A stretch of 64,000 nt of DNA from Octopus sinensis (taxonomy: Eukaryota), in NCBI RefSeq assembly GCF_006345805.1, contig NC_042997.1, forward strand, positions 89,528,001 through 89,592,000. Direction: 5' to 3'. Of the stretch, positions 25,994 through 40,500 are shown piece after piece. Position numbers and translations under genes: made by a program. Below the pieces are notes generated by a model. The model made no database searches. It had not been told where the DNA came from and worked only from the letters and a program-made list of their open reading frames with translations. Each line of letters opens with the position of its first letter. Positions within the stretch are counted from its first letter, which is position 1.

Positions 25994-28138
25994 CTGTTTA
26001 ATTAAAGTGACAAATCAGTCTTCTGAATGTGTGTATGCTCCACCACTCTCTCTATACATATATGTATAAATAAATACATACACACACACACTTGCACGTA
26101 TGTGTGTCTGTGTGTGTGTGGGGGGAGTATATGTATGTATGTATGTGTGTGTGTGTATACATATCTATATCTATATATGTGTGTGTGTATGTACGTATGT
26201 GTGTTTATGTACACTCACATATCATATCATATTTGCATTAAATACTGAAATAATTGTAATCTACATAATCTGAAAGATATTTGTAGAAAATTTCATTAAA
26301 AAATATCCATTATTCTGAAAGGTACAAGGAAGCAAAGTCAAGGTGTGTGAATTATCTGAAACTCTTTTCCCCCTACCTCCCAAAAATGATTTTCACAAAA
26401 ATCTATTCAGTGTTTCCACTCAGTTGATGTGGCATGGATGAGATCACTTCAGTTTTATACCCAATCAACTTTATGGCTGCATACTTGGTTTAATGGGCAA
26501 GAATTGCCTACATGAACATTGTAGCACTGTTAGTTTGACCTTTACATAGGTTTATGTGAATGTGTATACTCTGATTTGTTTGTGGTCTGATTGAGCAGAC
26601 CTATAACCAAAGGCATTCCAGCTATATCCATTTTGTCTTTAATTCAGATAAGCATCCAAGACTGCATTTACTAATGTATATTTTCCTTATTTTTTTTAAT
26701 GGTAGAGTTTGAAGTAAAGAAGATTTGGTTACTATCTCTAGCAAGTTGGTCAGCCATTTTTGTCCAGCGTGACTATGGGCTAACATTCATGGCTGAGCCC
26801 TGTCTATTCTTATTAACTATGGCCGGGACATGCCAAAGCATGTTCACTCACTTTTGGACCTGTGGACCTATTCTTTCTGGTTTGCTGCTGCTCTGAGATC
26901 TAGCACTGTTTACAGGAAGATATCCAGTTTACTACATGTGGTTAAAAGAAGACATCACTGAACTCTTGGTGGTAGAGGAGCTATGTACCAGCAGGTTGAG
27001 ATTTACACATATGGATCCTTTTTTTTTCATTCCAACAAAGAAAGCTAGCAGAGGACAGTAGCTGAAAACAGAAAGTAATAAGCAAGCACTACTATCCCAA
27101 TTCTATATGACAAATGCTTCATTCTTACTCACAAGCATACATCCTTATTTTGCATAATGGTTAATCTGGACTGCTAAAGGATTATTTTACTCAGATATTA
27201 AGAGAACAAAGCAAACAAACATACATACTTTTCAAAGAAACCTGTGAGGCTCTTGAAAGAGGTCTCTTCAGTTTATCCTCCTTCTTATAAATCTGTTGGC
27301 AAATATTAAAGATAGAAACCTTAAGAATTTTTACTTAATGTCAAAATATTTTAGTTTCTTTTTTAACTTAATATCTAGATTACATGACAAATGTGCTTCA
27401 TAGTTAAATATATATGCAAATACATAAATATATTTATTTTAAAATGAAGGAAATCTTAAATGCAGGAGAATAGCTGTAAAAATATATTATTTTTAGAAAA
27501 CCAGGTGAAGCACCCCAACATTTTTCTTGGGTCAAGATTTCCTTCATTTCTCAAGAATATTTTCAACTTACTCAGTGCTTCAATGTTTGCTTATTTGTGC
27601 AAAAAATGTTCTCATATTCAATAACAAATTGAAACCAGCACTAGTGTTGTAAACATTATTGACCACACATACTTGATGTATGTGTTTTGTTTGTTTGCAG
27701 GTTTTCTGCAGTCTAGTGCTTGGGAGATAACTCCCTCATAATATTATGAGAAAGTCTTCCCCCAAGTGCTGTACCACAACAAACAGGCAAACAAATGAAA
27801 CACATTCATTGAGTATGTGCAGTCAATAATGTTCTCATATATATATATAAAATCGTTTTTTAGAGAAACATAAATTTGGAGAAGAAACACATTCTAAGAA
27901 GTAGAGCAGTCTATATTAATTACTGGTGAAGGCCAGTTTCTAGGGCTACCATGAGTTTCTCATCATAAAGGGTATCTTTATGGTATATCTTCAAGCCCTA
28001 AGACTATATCGTTTCCCCCTCCATATTTTAAAGAGGCCATAGGCCAACAGGTCTTAGGGTCTGAAGATACACCATAAAGGTACTCTTTATGGCGAGAAAC
28101 CGAGGGTAACCCTAGAAACCAGCCTTCACAAGTAATTA

Positions 28139-28173
<35 letters not shown>

Positions 28174-28485
28174 CATATACATATATATATAAAAGCACTG
28201 TGTAGTGCCACATAAAAATGCTGGTGTGGTGCCTGGTAAAAGCACCCATGCAGTACCACGTAAAAGGACCCACCACACTCTGTAAAGTGGTTGGCATTAG
28301 GAAGGTCATCCACCTGTAGAAACAATGCCAAATCAGACTGGAGTCTGGTGCAACTCCCTAGCTTGCCAGCTCTGGTCAAACCATCCAACCCATGCCAATA
28401 TGAACAACAGACATTAAATGATGATGTTGATGATGATGATGATGATATAAAATATATATATATACACACACATATATACACATAC

Positions 28486-28579
<94 letters not shown>

Positions 28580-31500
28580 ACATACACACTTATGTATATA
28601 TGATGACATACATATTCATTTTTGATGTTCTGACAGATTCACGCATAAATATACTAATTGCTGTAGTATTTAATCATTGAAGAACAACTTCTTTAAGATA
28701 AATGTATGTTCATAACACATTTGATTCATTTGGGCAAGGGGATTTTGAGGCACCCAGTGTTTTGATCTTATTGTGCCTCTTCACCCAAAACTACTGTATA
28801 CATGCTTAATACATATGTCATCATTCTAATTCTTGCTGTTCACCATGCACTTGACTTATTATCTAAATAGTTGTTTAACCTGCTTGAATCACATCCTACC
28901 ATCTTAAAAAAAGAGAACACACATTTAACAATACAGTCCCAAACATACAAAAAAATATCAGGGACAGATGTACATGGTTTATCAGAACTTACTATGGACT
29001 AAACAACAACAATGACAATTGTTTTTGACATTTTTAGAAATAATAATTGTTTCTAGCATTAATAATGATTTCAAATTCTGTCACAAGGCCAGTAATTTAG
29101 GAGGAGAGGTAAGTTGATTACATTGATCCCAGTATTCAACAGGAACTTATTCTATTGGCCTCAGAAGGAAAAATGGCAAAGTCAACCTTGGCAGAATTTG
29201 AACTCAGAACCTAAAGGTTGATGAAATCCCACAAAGCATTTCATCCAGCATGTTTATGATTCCACCAGCTGCCTGCCTTGTTTCTAGCATTAATAATGAT
29301 AATAATTTAGGTATAAGGTCAGCAATTTTGAAGTGAGGGTACTTTATTTTATTGGTCCTGTAAAGATGAAGGACCAAGCTGGCTTCAGGAGGATCTGAGC
29401 TCAAAATGTAGGTCAGAAGAAATACTGCAAGGCATTTTGTCAGACACTTTAATAATTCTGCCAAACCAATGTTCTCAAAGCATCTAATCCATCATTCGAC
29501 CATACCAATCACTCACTAAGTACATCAATAATAACACCACCATTTCTACTACTATCAATAACAGCAGCAGTAGCAGATCAATAGCATCATCATCATCATA
29601 ACATCCATTATTCCATGCTTGTATGGGTTAAATAGAATTCACTGAGGCAGATTTTATATAACCAGATGCCCTTCCTGTTACCAACCATCACCTGTTTTTC
29701 TAAGTAAGAAAATATTTTTCCTTGACTGTATTATGTTTTCACAGAAGACTGGAAACAAATCAATTACAATTATCAAATGATGTCAAATCAAGGAGACACA
29801 AAGGCATACATATATACATGTACGACAGAAATTTGAAAACTAAAAATATTTCAATTACTCATTTAGGTAAAAATACTGACCTTGGAACGATCGGTGCCTG
29901 TATTAAATTCAAAGGTATCTGAAATTTCATAGGAAAATCTAGTGCTGATGTTATGGTTTCCTTTGATAAAGGATTCTATATTGAGATAGAATTTGGCTAG
30001 ACTTGTATCTTCTGGTGGCAACCATTTTATAAAATCCATTCTGCCAGATTTCCTCATTTTCTGTTGGCAGAGAAGGGATGAACAATATACATTTATAAAT
30101 ACATGTTCGTCTGTCAAAGTGATGAAGACCATTAAATGACCCTTAAGAAAGAGTAATAACATATGTGATAACTTTGTTTAAAGAGAAGAAGAGTTGTGCA
30201 CCATCAGCTTCCCTTTTTTTATCTTTGACCAACTTCAATCTAGTGACAAGACTAGTTCGAGATAACTAGGGGTGGAAATGGATGCAGTGGATGACCAAAA
30301 TCTTTTATTTGCATCATCTTGCTCTCTGCAATCCACAGTGCATTGCTGCAGACACCTTCCCCTCCATTGAACTGTGAAGGATCTGGTCTTCACATGCATC
30401 AGTAGCAAGCCCTAATATGCTAATTAACCTATAGCTGGGACCCTGACAGGTGCTACTACTCCATGTCAGAGTATACCTAGGAACAATAGTGACTAAGATG
30501 TGGTTCCCATTCCTCAAAATTTGGGAATAATTGGATGGTTTGATAGGAGATGGCCATGTAGAACATTACTCCAGGCTACTGTGTCTGTTTTGGCAGTGTT
30601 TTTATGGCTAGATGCCCTTCCTAACACCAACCATTCTACAGAATGAACTGAGTGTTTTTTATGTGGCATTAGTACAGGCGAGGTCATGTTTTTTACAGAT
30701 GGATGCCCTGGCTGGGTCACCAAGTAACTTGCAAGACAAGGAATTTTGAAAAGGGAGAGGGCATTGGAGGAGGTGATCTTGTGTTATATAATGAAAGATT
30801 AGAGTGTGCTAAAACCATAATGATCATAGAATCCCATCTGGTATATCTTAAAACATAGGTGTCATGTATTTTTTCTTTTTACATGCTGGGTCTTGAGGAA
30901 AAGGCAAAGTTCATGGCTTTGGTAAGCTCTGTGAAACAGCTAAGATTGATGTTGTTAATGTTGTATTTAAACTGTTGCAAGTCAATGCCAATAGGAAAGA
31001 CATGAGCAGGGAGGAGATTCCAGAGGGTCAAAACATTTGTCACATTAAACATATACAACACCAAATGTCCATGTGCTATCTCTGATATATATTAAAACAT
31101 AGGAGTCACACTGGATATGCCTCACACATATGTGAAAGCTTACTATTAATATTTATGATGTGTATCATGTTTAGCATATTTCAGAAACACATCTTAAATC
31201 AGACTCATCACAGTACACATGTCTTAAAGTAAATAAATCCTATGAATACAAACCTTTCCTTTATCAGGTTTTTTGTCAAGTTTCCGTCCTTTCTTTTTGT
31301 CTTTATTAGAAACATTCTTATCATCATCAGATTCTTCAATAATTTCATGTCCTATCAACTAGAGTGATCACAATTGTTGATTAACAATCTCTTGATAAAC
31401 ATAACACTCAGATTGACAATTAATATATATCAGTTACATGTCATTATCCCCATTGTCATCATCATTTCATCATCAGCATCATTGTTTTAACATCTAGTTC

Positions 31501-32923
31501 TCTATGCTTGTATGGGTCAAATAGAATTGTTGAGGCATATTTTCTATGGCTAAATGCCATTCTTGTTGCTAACCTTCATGTTTTCATGCAAGGTAATTTT
31601 TCCTTATGACCAAGCATATTTTCATGCAAGTGTAGCAGGAATACTTAGTAGTCAAAACTGGATCTCTACATACAATGCAGAAAAAAAATAACAACTCAAG
31701 AATACAATTGTGATTTGCTAAAATATTACAAATATAAAAAAAATCTGACCATTCAAGACTTCATGTGGAACCAGATCTAACAACAATTTCAACTTTGGTG
31801 TGCTTTTTCTGATGAAGACCACCACTATATATTCAGCACATTTTAACCACTATTGACAGACAACAGAAATCAGGCCAGATATTGAAGATGGCAGTCTGCA
31901 GACAGTAGCAGGACCAGCAGCTGTCCAAAGCGTTGTCACAACATAAAAACAGTGAATGGATGACAACAGCAATAAACAATGAGCAGCTAACATCAAGAAA
32001 CTCATGACAACAATTACTATGATATCTGGTCCAGGAATAATAACGTTTGAACTTTCTTGGTGTTTGTTATTCATAGTAAAGACATCATTTTTTTTTGTTT
32101 ATGATAAAAATAAATATTTCTTTATCAAAAATCTCAAACAGAATTCTGTGTTCTTTATCATAACAGAAGTTTGGATTTGAATGACACAGTTTGTATGACC
32201 ATCATGCAATGCCAAGGCAAAAAGACACAAACACATACACATTAAATAAAGTATCAAACATTTAAGATATGCAAATTAGTTATTCCACTTCTCTGGAGTT
32301 ACTATATTTGATGTGTATATAAGCGAATTGGTTACTTGTTTCCCTGATATTGATCAAATGATGGAGACACCTCTGATGAGATGCCATTTAAGCTTAAAAA
32401 TTGATTAAGGTTGTTCATAATATTTTCAGTCTACAGAGAAATAGATAAATCTGATATCTCACATTCTCTCTCCCTTTTCTGTCTGATGTGTCCCTTTCAG
32501 TTTCAGTTTACCAAATTCTCTCAGATGTGCTCAAGGTATCATGCAGTAGGATTGAACCCACAATCATGTGGTTGGAAAGCAAACTCCTTAGCCACACAGT
32601 CATGCCTGCACCTTTATGTGTGTGTAAGACAGAAATTATAACCAGGTTTGAAATCTAAGCTTGTGGTTTATGGACCATGATTCTTCAAACCAGGTAGTTT
32701 CCACAGAAAAATACAGATCACATATGTTTATTGTTCTATGTTTTATTACCTTAACGATTAAAAGTTTTATTTTTTTTGGCAATCTAATATTGATCTATTC
32801 ATTATGTTTACTTCACCCTTCTATTTAGGAATCAAATTTTTGATAAAAAAAACACAAAGCCAGAAATATGTAATCATCCTACATTTCTTCTAGCCACTGA
32901 TTTCAGGCAATTTATATTTTCTT

Positions 32924-32963
<40 letters not shown>

Positions 32964-33104
32964 CACACACGCACACACACACACACACAATTGCACACAT
33001 GCACATGCATCAAATATCTTTAGTTCCACACTGAGAAAACCCTTGCAAGGGTATTTGGCAGACTGAAACTGAGAGAAGAATGTGTGGTACACATACATAC
33101 ATAC

Positions 33105-33154
<50 letters not shown>

Positions 33155-33156
33155 AT

Positions 33157-33245
<89 letters not shown>

Positions 33246-36200
33246 GTATGTATATATATATATATATATATATCATCATCATCATCATCATCATCATTTA
33301 GCATCCGCTTTCCATGCTAGCATGGGTTGGATGGTCAACTGGGGTCTGTGAAGCTGGAAGGCTTCGTCAGGCCCAGTCAGATCTGGCAGTGTTTCTACGG
33401 CTGGATGCCCTTCCTAACGCCAACCACTCCGCGAGTGTAGTGGGTGTTTTTTACGTGCCACCTGCACATATATATATTTATATATATATATATATATTTA
33501 TAAATATACTGGGCTTTGCAAAAATCCTGCTACACTCGGTTTTGGGTCTTTTGAGAGGTTTACATGTGTGATAGAAAAAGTGCTATCAAACATACTTACA
33601 GTTGTTTTCCAGCACGTCATTAAAACGTCTTTTCCATTGTGTGCAGGTGTATCAAGATGGAAGGGAAAAGAATCGAGTTTTCTGCTCTCCTGCCGCAGGC
33701 CACAATAAGTTTGACATTGCCAAGCGGCTCAGTGTCAATTGGATCACTGTCCACAAAGTTGCAGAGAGGCTCAAGAATGGGAAAGACCTCAAAGATTGAC
33801 TTCGATCAGGCAGACCTCAGATTGTCAACCGTTTGGCAGTGAGAAAGACCTTCAAAAGTGATCCGAAGCTCCAAAATGACTGTGTTTACAAAGAACAGCA
33901 ACATCTTGGTGGTCACAGTGCCCAAGGCCATCAAGGAGGAGGATGGCAAGAGCTTGAGGTGCGTGGAAAAGCCTCTACTTACTGACCGTATGTAAGAACA
34001 ACATTGGGAGCACTATCATCACCTTCTCAATGGCTTGAAGTGTCATGGCAATCGAATTCTCATTTTTTTTGATTAAAAAACCTTCACAGTTGATCCAGTC
34101 ATTAACAAGCAGAACAACTGTGTGGTCAGATTATGCCAGGATGTCTTCAAGGTCTGCAGGTACAGGAAAATATTTAACAGGCACTCAATGAAAATATCAT
34201 ATACCTGCTGCCTCAGTATGAAGAGTATCATTACATGAGACCAACACCAAGAGCCCACTGCCAGTGTTAACTGTCAAGACCCAGGAACCTGTCCACTCGA
34301 CCAGCGAAGTCTGTCATATATGAGGCAGAAGTTACAGAAATGCTAGATAATTATACAACCAATAAGAACTATATAAGACTTTGTGAAAGAGAATTCAAAA
34401 ATCACTATGCTCATCACATATCTTCCTTCCAGCACAGGGACAAAAGTAAAGTTACTAACTTCACTAGCCACATATGAGGTTTGAAATCGAATGCAACACC
34501 ACACATGATAAAGTGGAAAATAGTCAAAGTATCTACACCATATGTTAACAGATCAAAAAATGTAAGCTGTGCATAGCTGAAATAACTCAAATCCTTTTCA
34601 GATCTAAGAATTTTAACTCACTGCTGAATTCTAGATTGAAAAGTTTCAGCAGTTGCAAGCATATGACTAAGTTCCTGTTGACAAACTGCAAAGTGCCTCT
34701 ATCACTGGATTGAATAACTGTACCATAGGCATATTATTTACAATCTGAGGGAAATAACCCTTGTACCCACTTTTGCTGCTTTCTGATTTCTTTTTTGTTT
34801 TCTGCTTTTTCAACCTTCAACCTTTTATATATACTTCCTTCATACCTTTTCTTGCTTTTTCTCTTGTCCTATTTTTAGTTTATTATGCCATGTGGGCAGT
34901 GTCTGATGATTGTGCTAGCACACCAGACTTGTTATAAAACACTGTTTGGCATGTTCTCAGCACATGAAACTAATAGTAGCACATAAAAACATATATTGTG
35001 CTTATTAAATAATATATATATAAAATTTATATATGTATGTGCGTATACATGTATGTATGTATGTATTTTAAAAGCAAATCAAAAGTTAAAAAAAACCCAG
35101 GAAAAACAACAAAAGTCAATTAGACATACACAATGAATATATTAGACTGATGCTCAGTGAAAGTTTTAGATGGAAAAATAGGAGTGGAAATGTTTTGAGC
35201 AAGGCTCTTTATCAGAAAGAGGAAAAGGTCCAGAGAGGAGGAAAAGGAGGAAGGAACAACTATTCTGGAGAAAAGCACATGTGTTGTGAGATGGCTGTGT
35301 GGTTAGGGAGCTTGCTTCCTAACTACATGGTTTCGGGTTCAGTCCCACTGCGTGGTACTTTGGGCAGGTGTCTTCTACTATAGCCCCAAGCCGATCGGAG
35401 CTTTGTGATTGAATTCGGCAGGCGGAAGTTACTGCCGTGTGTGTATGTGTGCGTATAGCTGCTCAGTGCCACTCCGAAAGAGAGAGAGGGGATATACATA
35501 TATATATATATATCTGTATATATAATATGTGACAATTATTCGGTAGCCATGATAAAACTCCAAGTTTCGGATGTCGGGGCAGAAACACATACTTATAGTT
35601 CTTTTCCAGCACATGTGTTTCTGCCCCGACAACTGAAACTTGGAGTTTTATCATGGCTACTGAATAATTGTCACATATTATATTTACAGATAAATTCCTC
35701 TATTTACATAATATCGAGGTCTCTTTCATTCTTTCGCTGTCTTACCATTTCTATCAATATATATATATATATATGTATATGTAAAGTGTATGTATGTGTG
35801 TGTGTTTGTGTGTATGTATGTGTGTGTGTTTGTGTGTATGTGTGTGTATGTATATATGTATGCATGCATGTATATAGATAAAATAGAAAATGAAAAGGCA
35901 AAATGTTTGACATCGCTCAAAAATCATTTAATTTAAGCAGTGAATAGAAACATAGTGCAAAGTAGTTATGATAAAAAGATGTTTCTATTCTCTATTTAAA
36001 TTAAATGCTTTTTGAGTGATGCCAAATGTTTTGCTTTTTCATTTTCTATTTTAATCTATATCTGCCTGCTCAAGGAGAAACCACTTCCAGCCACCTTTGA
36101 TGGGCATTTTCAGCATTGCACTTTTCAGTTGCAGTTCAAGCTGGAGTTTTAGTGGTAAACCAAACTCAGCACTCATAGTACATACCTATTACATTAAGTA

Positions 36201-37487
36201 AATTGATGAAAACTCTTTGTATACTCTCTCTTTCTCTCTGTCTTTACACACACACACACATGTATATAATACACACACACATACACATAAACACACACAT
36301 GTCCTAATAATTTTGAGCCTATTAACATACATGCTTGTTGATAAAATAAATGTAATGAATGTTTACTGACACAGTGCTGGTTCCACAAAAGAAAAAATGT
36401 GCTTAGTACATTCTATCAAGTGGCTGGCATTAGCAAGGGCAGCCAGTCATAGAAACCATGCATCAAATCTGAGAGAGTTGGCGGAAGACATGGTCTTCTG
36501 GTCATACCAGCATGGGAAGCTAATGCAAGCGTGGAATGCTAATGTAAAAATGATGAGTCAATGTAGAGAGGCCCAAATCACTTTTTTTCTCTTTGTCTTT
36601 CTCTCCATAATCCCTTCTTACCTTTCTTTCTATAACACTGATTTCAATATCCCGGTACAAATAATCACGTAGCAGGAGAAGGTCATTGTACTTCTGCTGG
36701 GCTTCCCAGTTAAAAATGATTTCATTCTCTGTCCAAGGTAGTGACTCAGTGCATAACGTGATAGTTTTCATTGGTGATGTATCAGTACTTGAAAGGAGTG
36801 AATGTTTGTGGCTTTGAATGTCAGTGGCTGGAAAGAAGAGAAGAAAGTTAACAAAACTGATGAAAAAAAAAAAAAATTATAAACTGACAGGACTAAACAT
36901 CTGCCTTGAATGAAAAAATCATTCAACCTTATAGTAACAAACAAAAAGTTATGTTTTGTTTAACAGGTGACACATTTTATTTACAGAGCAATGACCTTGC
37001 CATGCAATGATCAAATTTTTTGAAGTTTATCAAAATATAAACTTGTTCTTGTTATATTTGGGGATGATCATTTCTTTTTTCTTTTTTCGCCATATAAACA
37101 CATGCACTACATCACTTTATTATTATTTTTATTTTCAAGACGGCAAGCTGGCAGTATCGTTAGCACATTAGGAAAAATACTTAGCAGCATTTTGTCTATC
37201 TTTACATTTTGAGATTAAATTCTGCTGAGGTCAACTTTGCCTTTTATCCTTTTGGGGTTGATAAAATAAGTTCCAGTTGAACACTGGGGTTGATGTAATC
37301 AATAGCCCCTCCACTGAGATTGCTGGCCTTATGCAAAAATTTGCCAAAACTATTATTATTATTATTTTAGTATCCTTTGCCTGAAATCTTTCATCACATA
37401 TCTTGTGACCTCTTCAGTAACTCTCCTTACTATGTGTTTCCTCCTGTTCTGTTTAGTCCATTCTCTGGATTAAACTATATATACACA

Positions 37488-37554
<67 letters not shown>

Positions 37555-40500
37555 TCCTAATAATTTCAAACCTGTTGACATATATACTTGTCAACAAAAT
37601 AAATGTAAAGAATGTAATCCCTGTTTACTGTCATAGTGCTGGTTCCACAAAAGAAAAAAACAGCGTTTAACCTTCTCCTGTTCTGTTTAGAACAGGAGGA
37701 GACACGTAGGATGGAGAACTGAAGAGGTCACAGGAGGTGTTGATTTCAGACAAAGGACACTAAAATAATAATAATAATAAAGCTGAAATGAAGAACAAGT
37801 GAGCATATAGTGCATGTGGTTATTTGGCAAAAAAAAAAAATATATATCTTCCCCAAATATAACAATCATCATCATCATCATTTAATGTCTGCTCTAAAAG
37901 ATGATGATTGTTATATTTGGGGAAGGTCATTTTTTTCTTTGCCAAATAACCACACACAATATACTCACTCATTCTTCACTCCAGCTTTATTATTACTCTT
38001 ATTTTAGTGTCCTTTGTCTGAAATCTTCTGTAACATATTCTGTGACCTCTTCAACACAATTTCACATCAGGAATCTTGCAAAACAAATATATAAACATAA
38101 TAAAATTGTTCAATTTCTGGAATACCATAAAAGTTCATAAATAATATTATCCCATGTACAATACACATTTTAATATTTTTGGGCCCAAATTATCCTATAA
38201 TATCATGTATCGAAATACACACAGTATTTGCACAACTTCTCCAAAAGTAGATAATCTACTTCAATTCAATATATTAGCTTTAACCCTTTAGCATTCAGAT
38301 TATTCTATCAAATGTAATGCTTATATATTCACATTATTTTGAATTACACATGCATTATCTTGTAGCTTTCAGATTTCAACGATGTGATGGCTTATTTTCA
38401 GAATGACATTATTGGGTAGTAGGTGTGAGAGGCCGCATTTGGATGGTTTGAATACTCTTTACTCTTTTACTTGTTTCAGTCATTTGACTGTGGCCATGCT
38501 GGAGCACCGCCTTTAATCGAGCAACTCGACCCCGGGACTTATTCTTTGTAAGCCCAGTACTTATTCTATCGGTCTCTTTTGCCGAACCGCTAAGTGACGG
38601 GGACATAAACACACCAGCATCAGTTGTCAAGCAATGCTACGGGGACAAACACAGAGACACAAACACACATATACATATACATATATACATATATACGACA
38701 GGCTTCTTTCAGTTTCCGTCTACCAAATCCACTCACAAGGCTTTGGTCGGCCCGAGGCTATAGTAGAAGACACTTGCCCAGGGTGCCGCGCAGTGGGACT
38801 GAACCCGGAACCATGTGGTTGGTAAACAAGCTACTTACCACACAGCCACTCCTATAAAACAGTAAAAAAACATTTGGGTCGGATATGGCTGGTTTTAAAT
38901 ACTAAAGGGTTAAATAAGGTAGCAAGCTGGCAGAATTGTTAGCATGTCGAGTAAAATGCTTAGTGGCATTTTGTCTGCCTTTACATTCTGAGTTTGAATG
39001 CTGTCAGGGTCGACTTTGCTTTTCATCCTTTTGGGGTTGATAAAATAAGTCCCCATTGAATACTGAGGTTGAAATAATCGACTTACTCCCTCCCCTGAAA
39101 CTACTGGTCTTGTGCTAGAATTTGAAACCAACATATTAGTTTTAAATATTTCATCATCATCATCATCATCACCAGCATTATCACCGCCACCACCACCACT
39201 ACCACCATCAGCAACAGTGTCGTTATCATTTAATATCTGTTTTCCATGCTGGTATGGAGCGGACGGTTTGACTGGAGCTAGTAAGTCCAGGGGACACATC
39301 AGGCTCTATTGTCTGTTCTGACATGATTTCTGCACCTGAATGTCCTTCCTAACACCAACTATTTTACAGAGTATACTGGGTGCTTTTTATATGGTACCAA
39401 CACTGATTTTTATGTAATACTATCACCAGTGCTTTTTACATAGCACCATCAACAATGCTTTTTACATGTCACCATCACCAGTGCTTTTTATGTGACACCA
39501 TCACCATTGATTTTTACACTGAACCATCAACAATGCTTTTTACATGGCACAATCACCAGTGCTTTTTATGTGACACCATCACTTGTGATTTTTTCATGGT
39601 ACCATCACCAATGCAGTTTACATAGTACCATCACGAGTGCTTTAAAATATATCTATATAGATAATCTGGTGGTTACTGCTGTTGTTGTTGCTGTTGTTCA
39701 ACAGGCCATACTAAAATAGTTTTCTAATTCAGACTCAAGATCAGCAATTTTGACGGAGGAAGTTTATCAACACCATCATGTGCAGGACTTGACTGGAAGT
39801 AAGAAAGGCAAAGTTGACCACAGTAGGATTTGGGGGGGGGGCTTTCGGTTCAAACCCCACTAAGGTTAATTTTGTCATCCTTCAGGATTGATAAAATAAG
39901 GTACCAGTAAAGTACTCAGATCAATTTAATTGACTATCCCTCACCTCTTGAAATTTCTGGCCTTGTCATCCTTCAGGATTGATAAAATAAAGCACCAGTA
40001 AAGTACTCAGATCAATTTAATTGACTATCCCTCACCTCTTGAAATTTCTGGCCTTGTACCTACACTAGAAATTATTAAGTTGTAATGAAATAATACCATT
40101 AGAAAATCTGGCTTGCATCTTCTCAAGGTAAGTTCTGAAATCCAGCTTTGATTTGGTTATCTTTAACAGTTGAGAAAAAAAGTAAAGTTTTAAGCAAAAT
40201 TCATAATAAAAGTTTAGGTTGATATACCATATTTACTCATTTATAACATGAGAAATTTGATACAAAACATCAGAATAAAAACTTGGGTGGGGTAACATTA
40301 TATTTAAGTGTAAAAAAGAAGAATATACACTACAATATATTATAGTTGCAGAAAAAGTTGTAATATATCTGAGATATATTCAGTAAATAAAAATAACAGG
40401 AGTATTGAGTAGAACAACAACAAAGAAAGGTGAAGAAAATGTAACTTACAAGAACTATTCACAAGTAGGACAAAATAGCATTTTGTCCATCTTTATATTC

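Noticed and set aside
27700-27780. Strong plus-strand acceptor tttgtttgcag
   Set aside because: Stops in all frames within 60 nt.
31850-32074. 74-aa hydrophobic ORF inside an LRRC43 intron
   Set aside because: No recognisable motif or splice support and not needed by the gene model.
33020-33351. YI/HTYI/poly-H/poly-I ORFs here and at 27978-28680, 44450-44857 and 45047-45459
   Set aside because: Translations of microsatellites.
39375-39645. Regularly spaced repeats as a CRISPR array
   Set aside because: Units are contiguous and degenerate with no unique spacers, no cas genes, and the context is eukaryotic.
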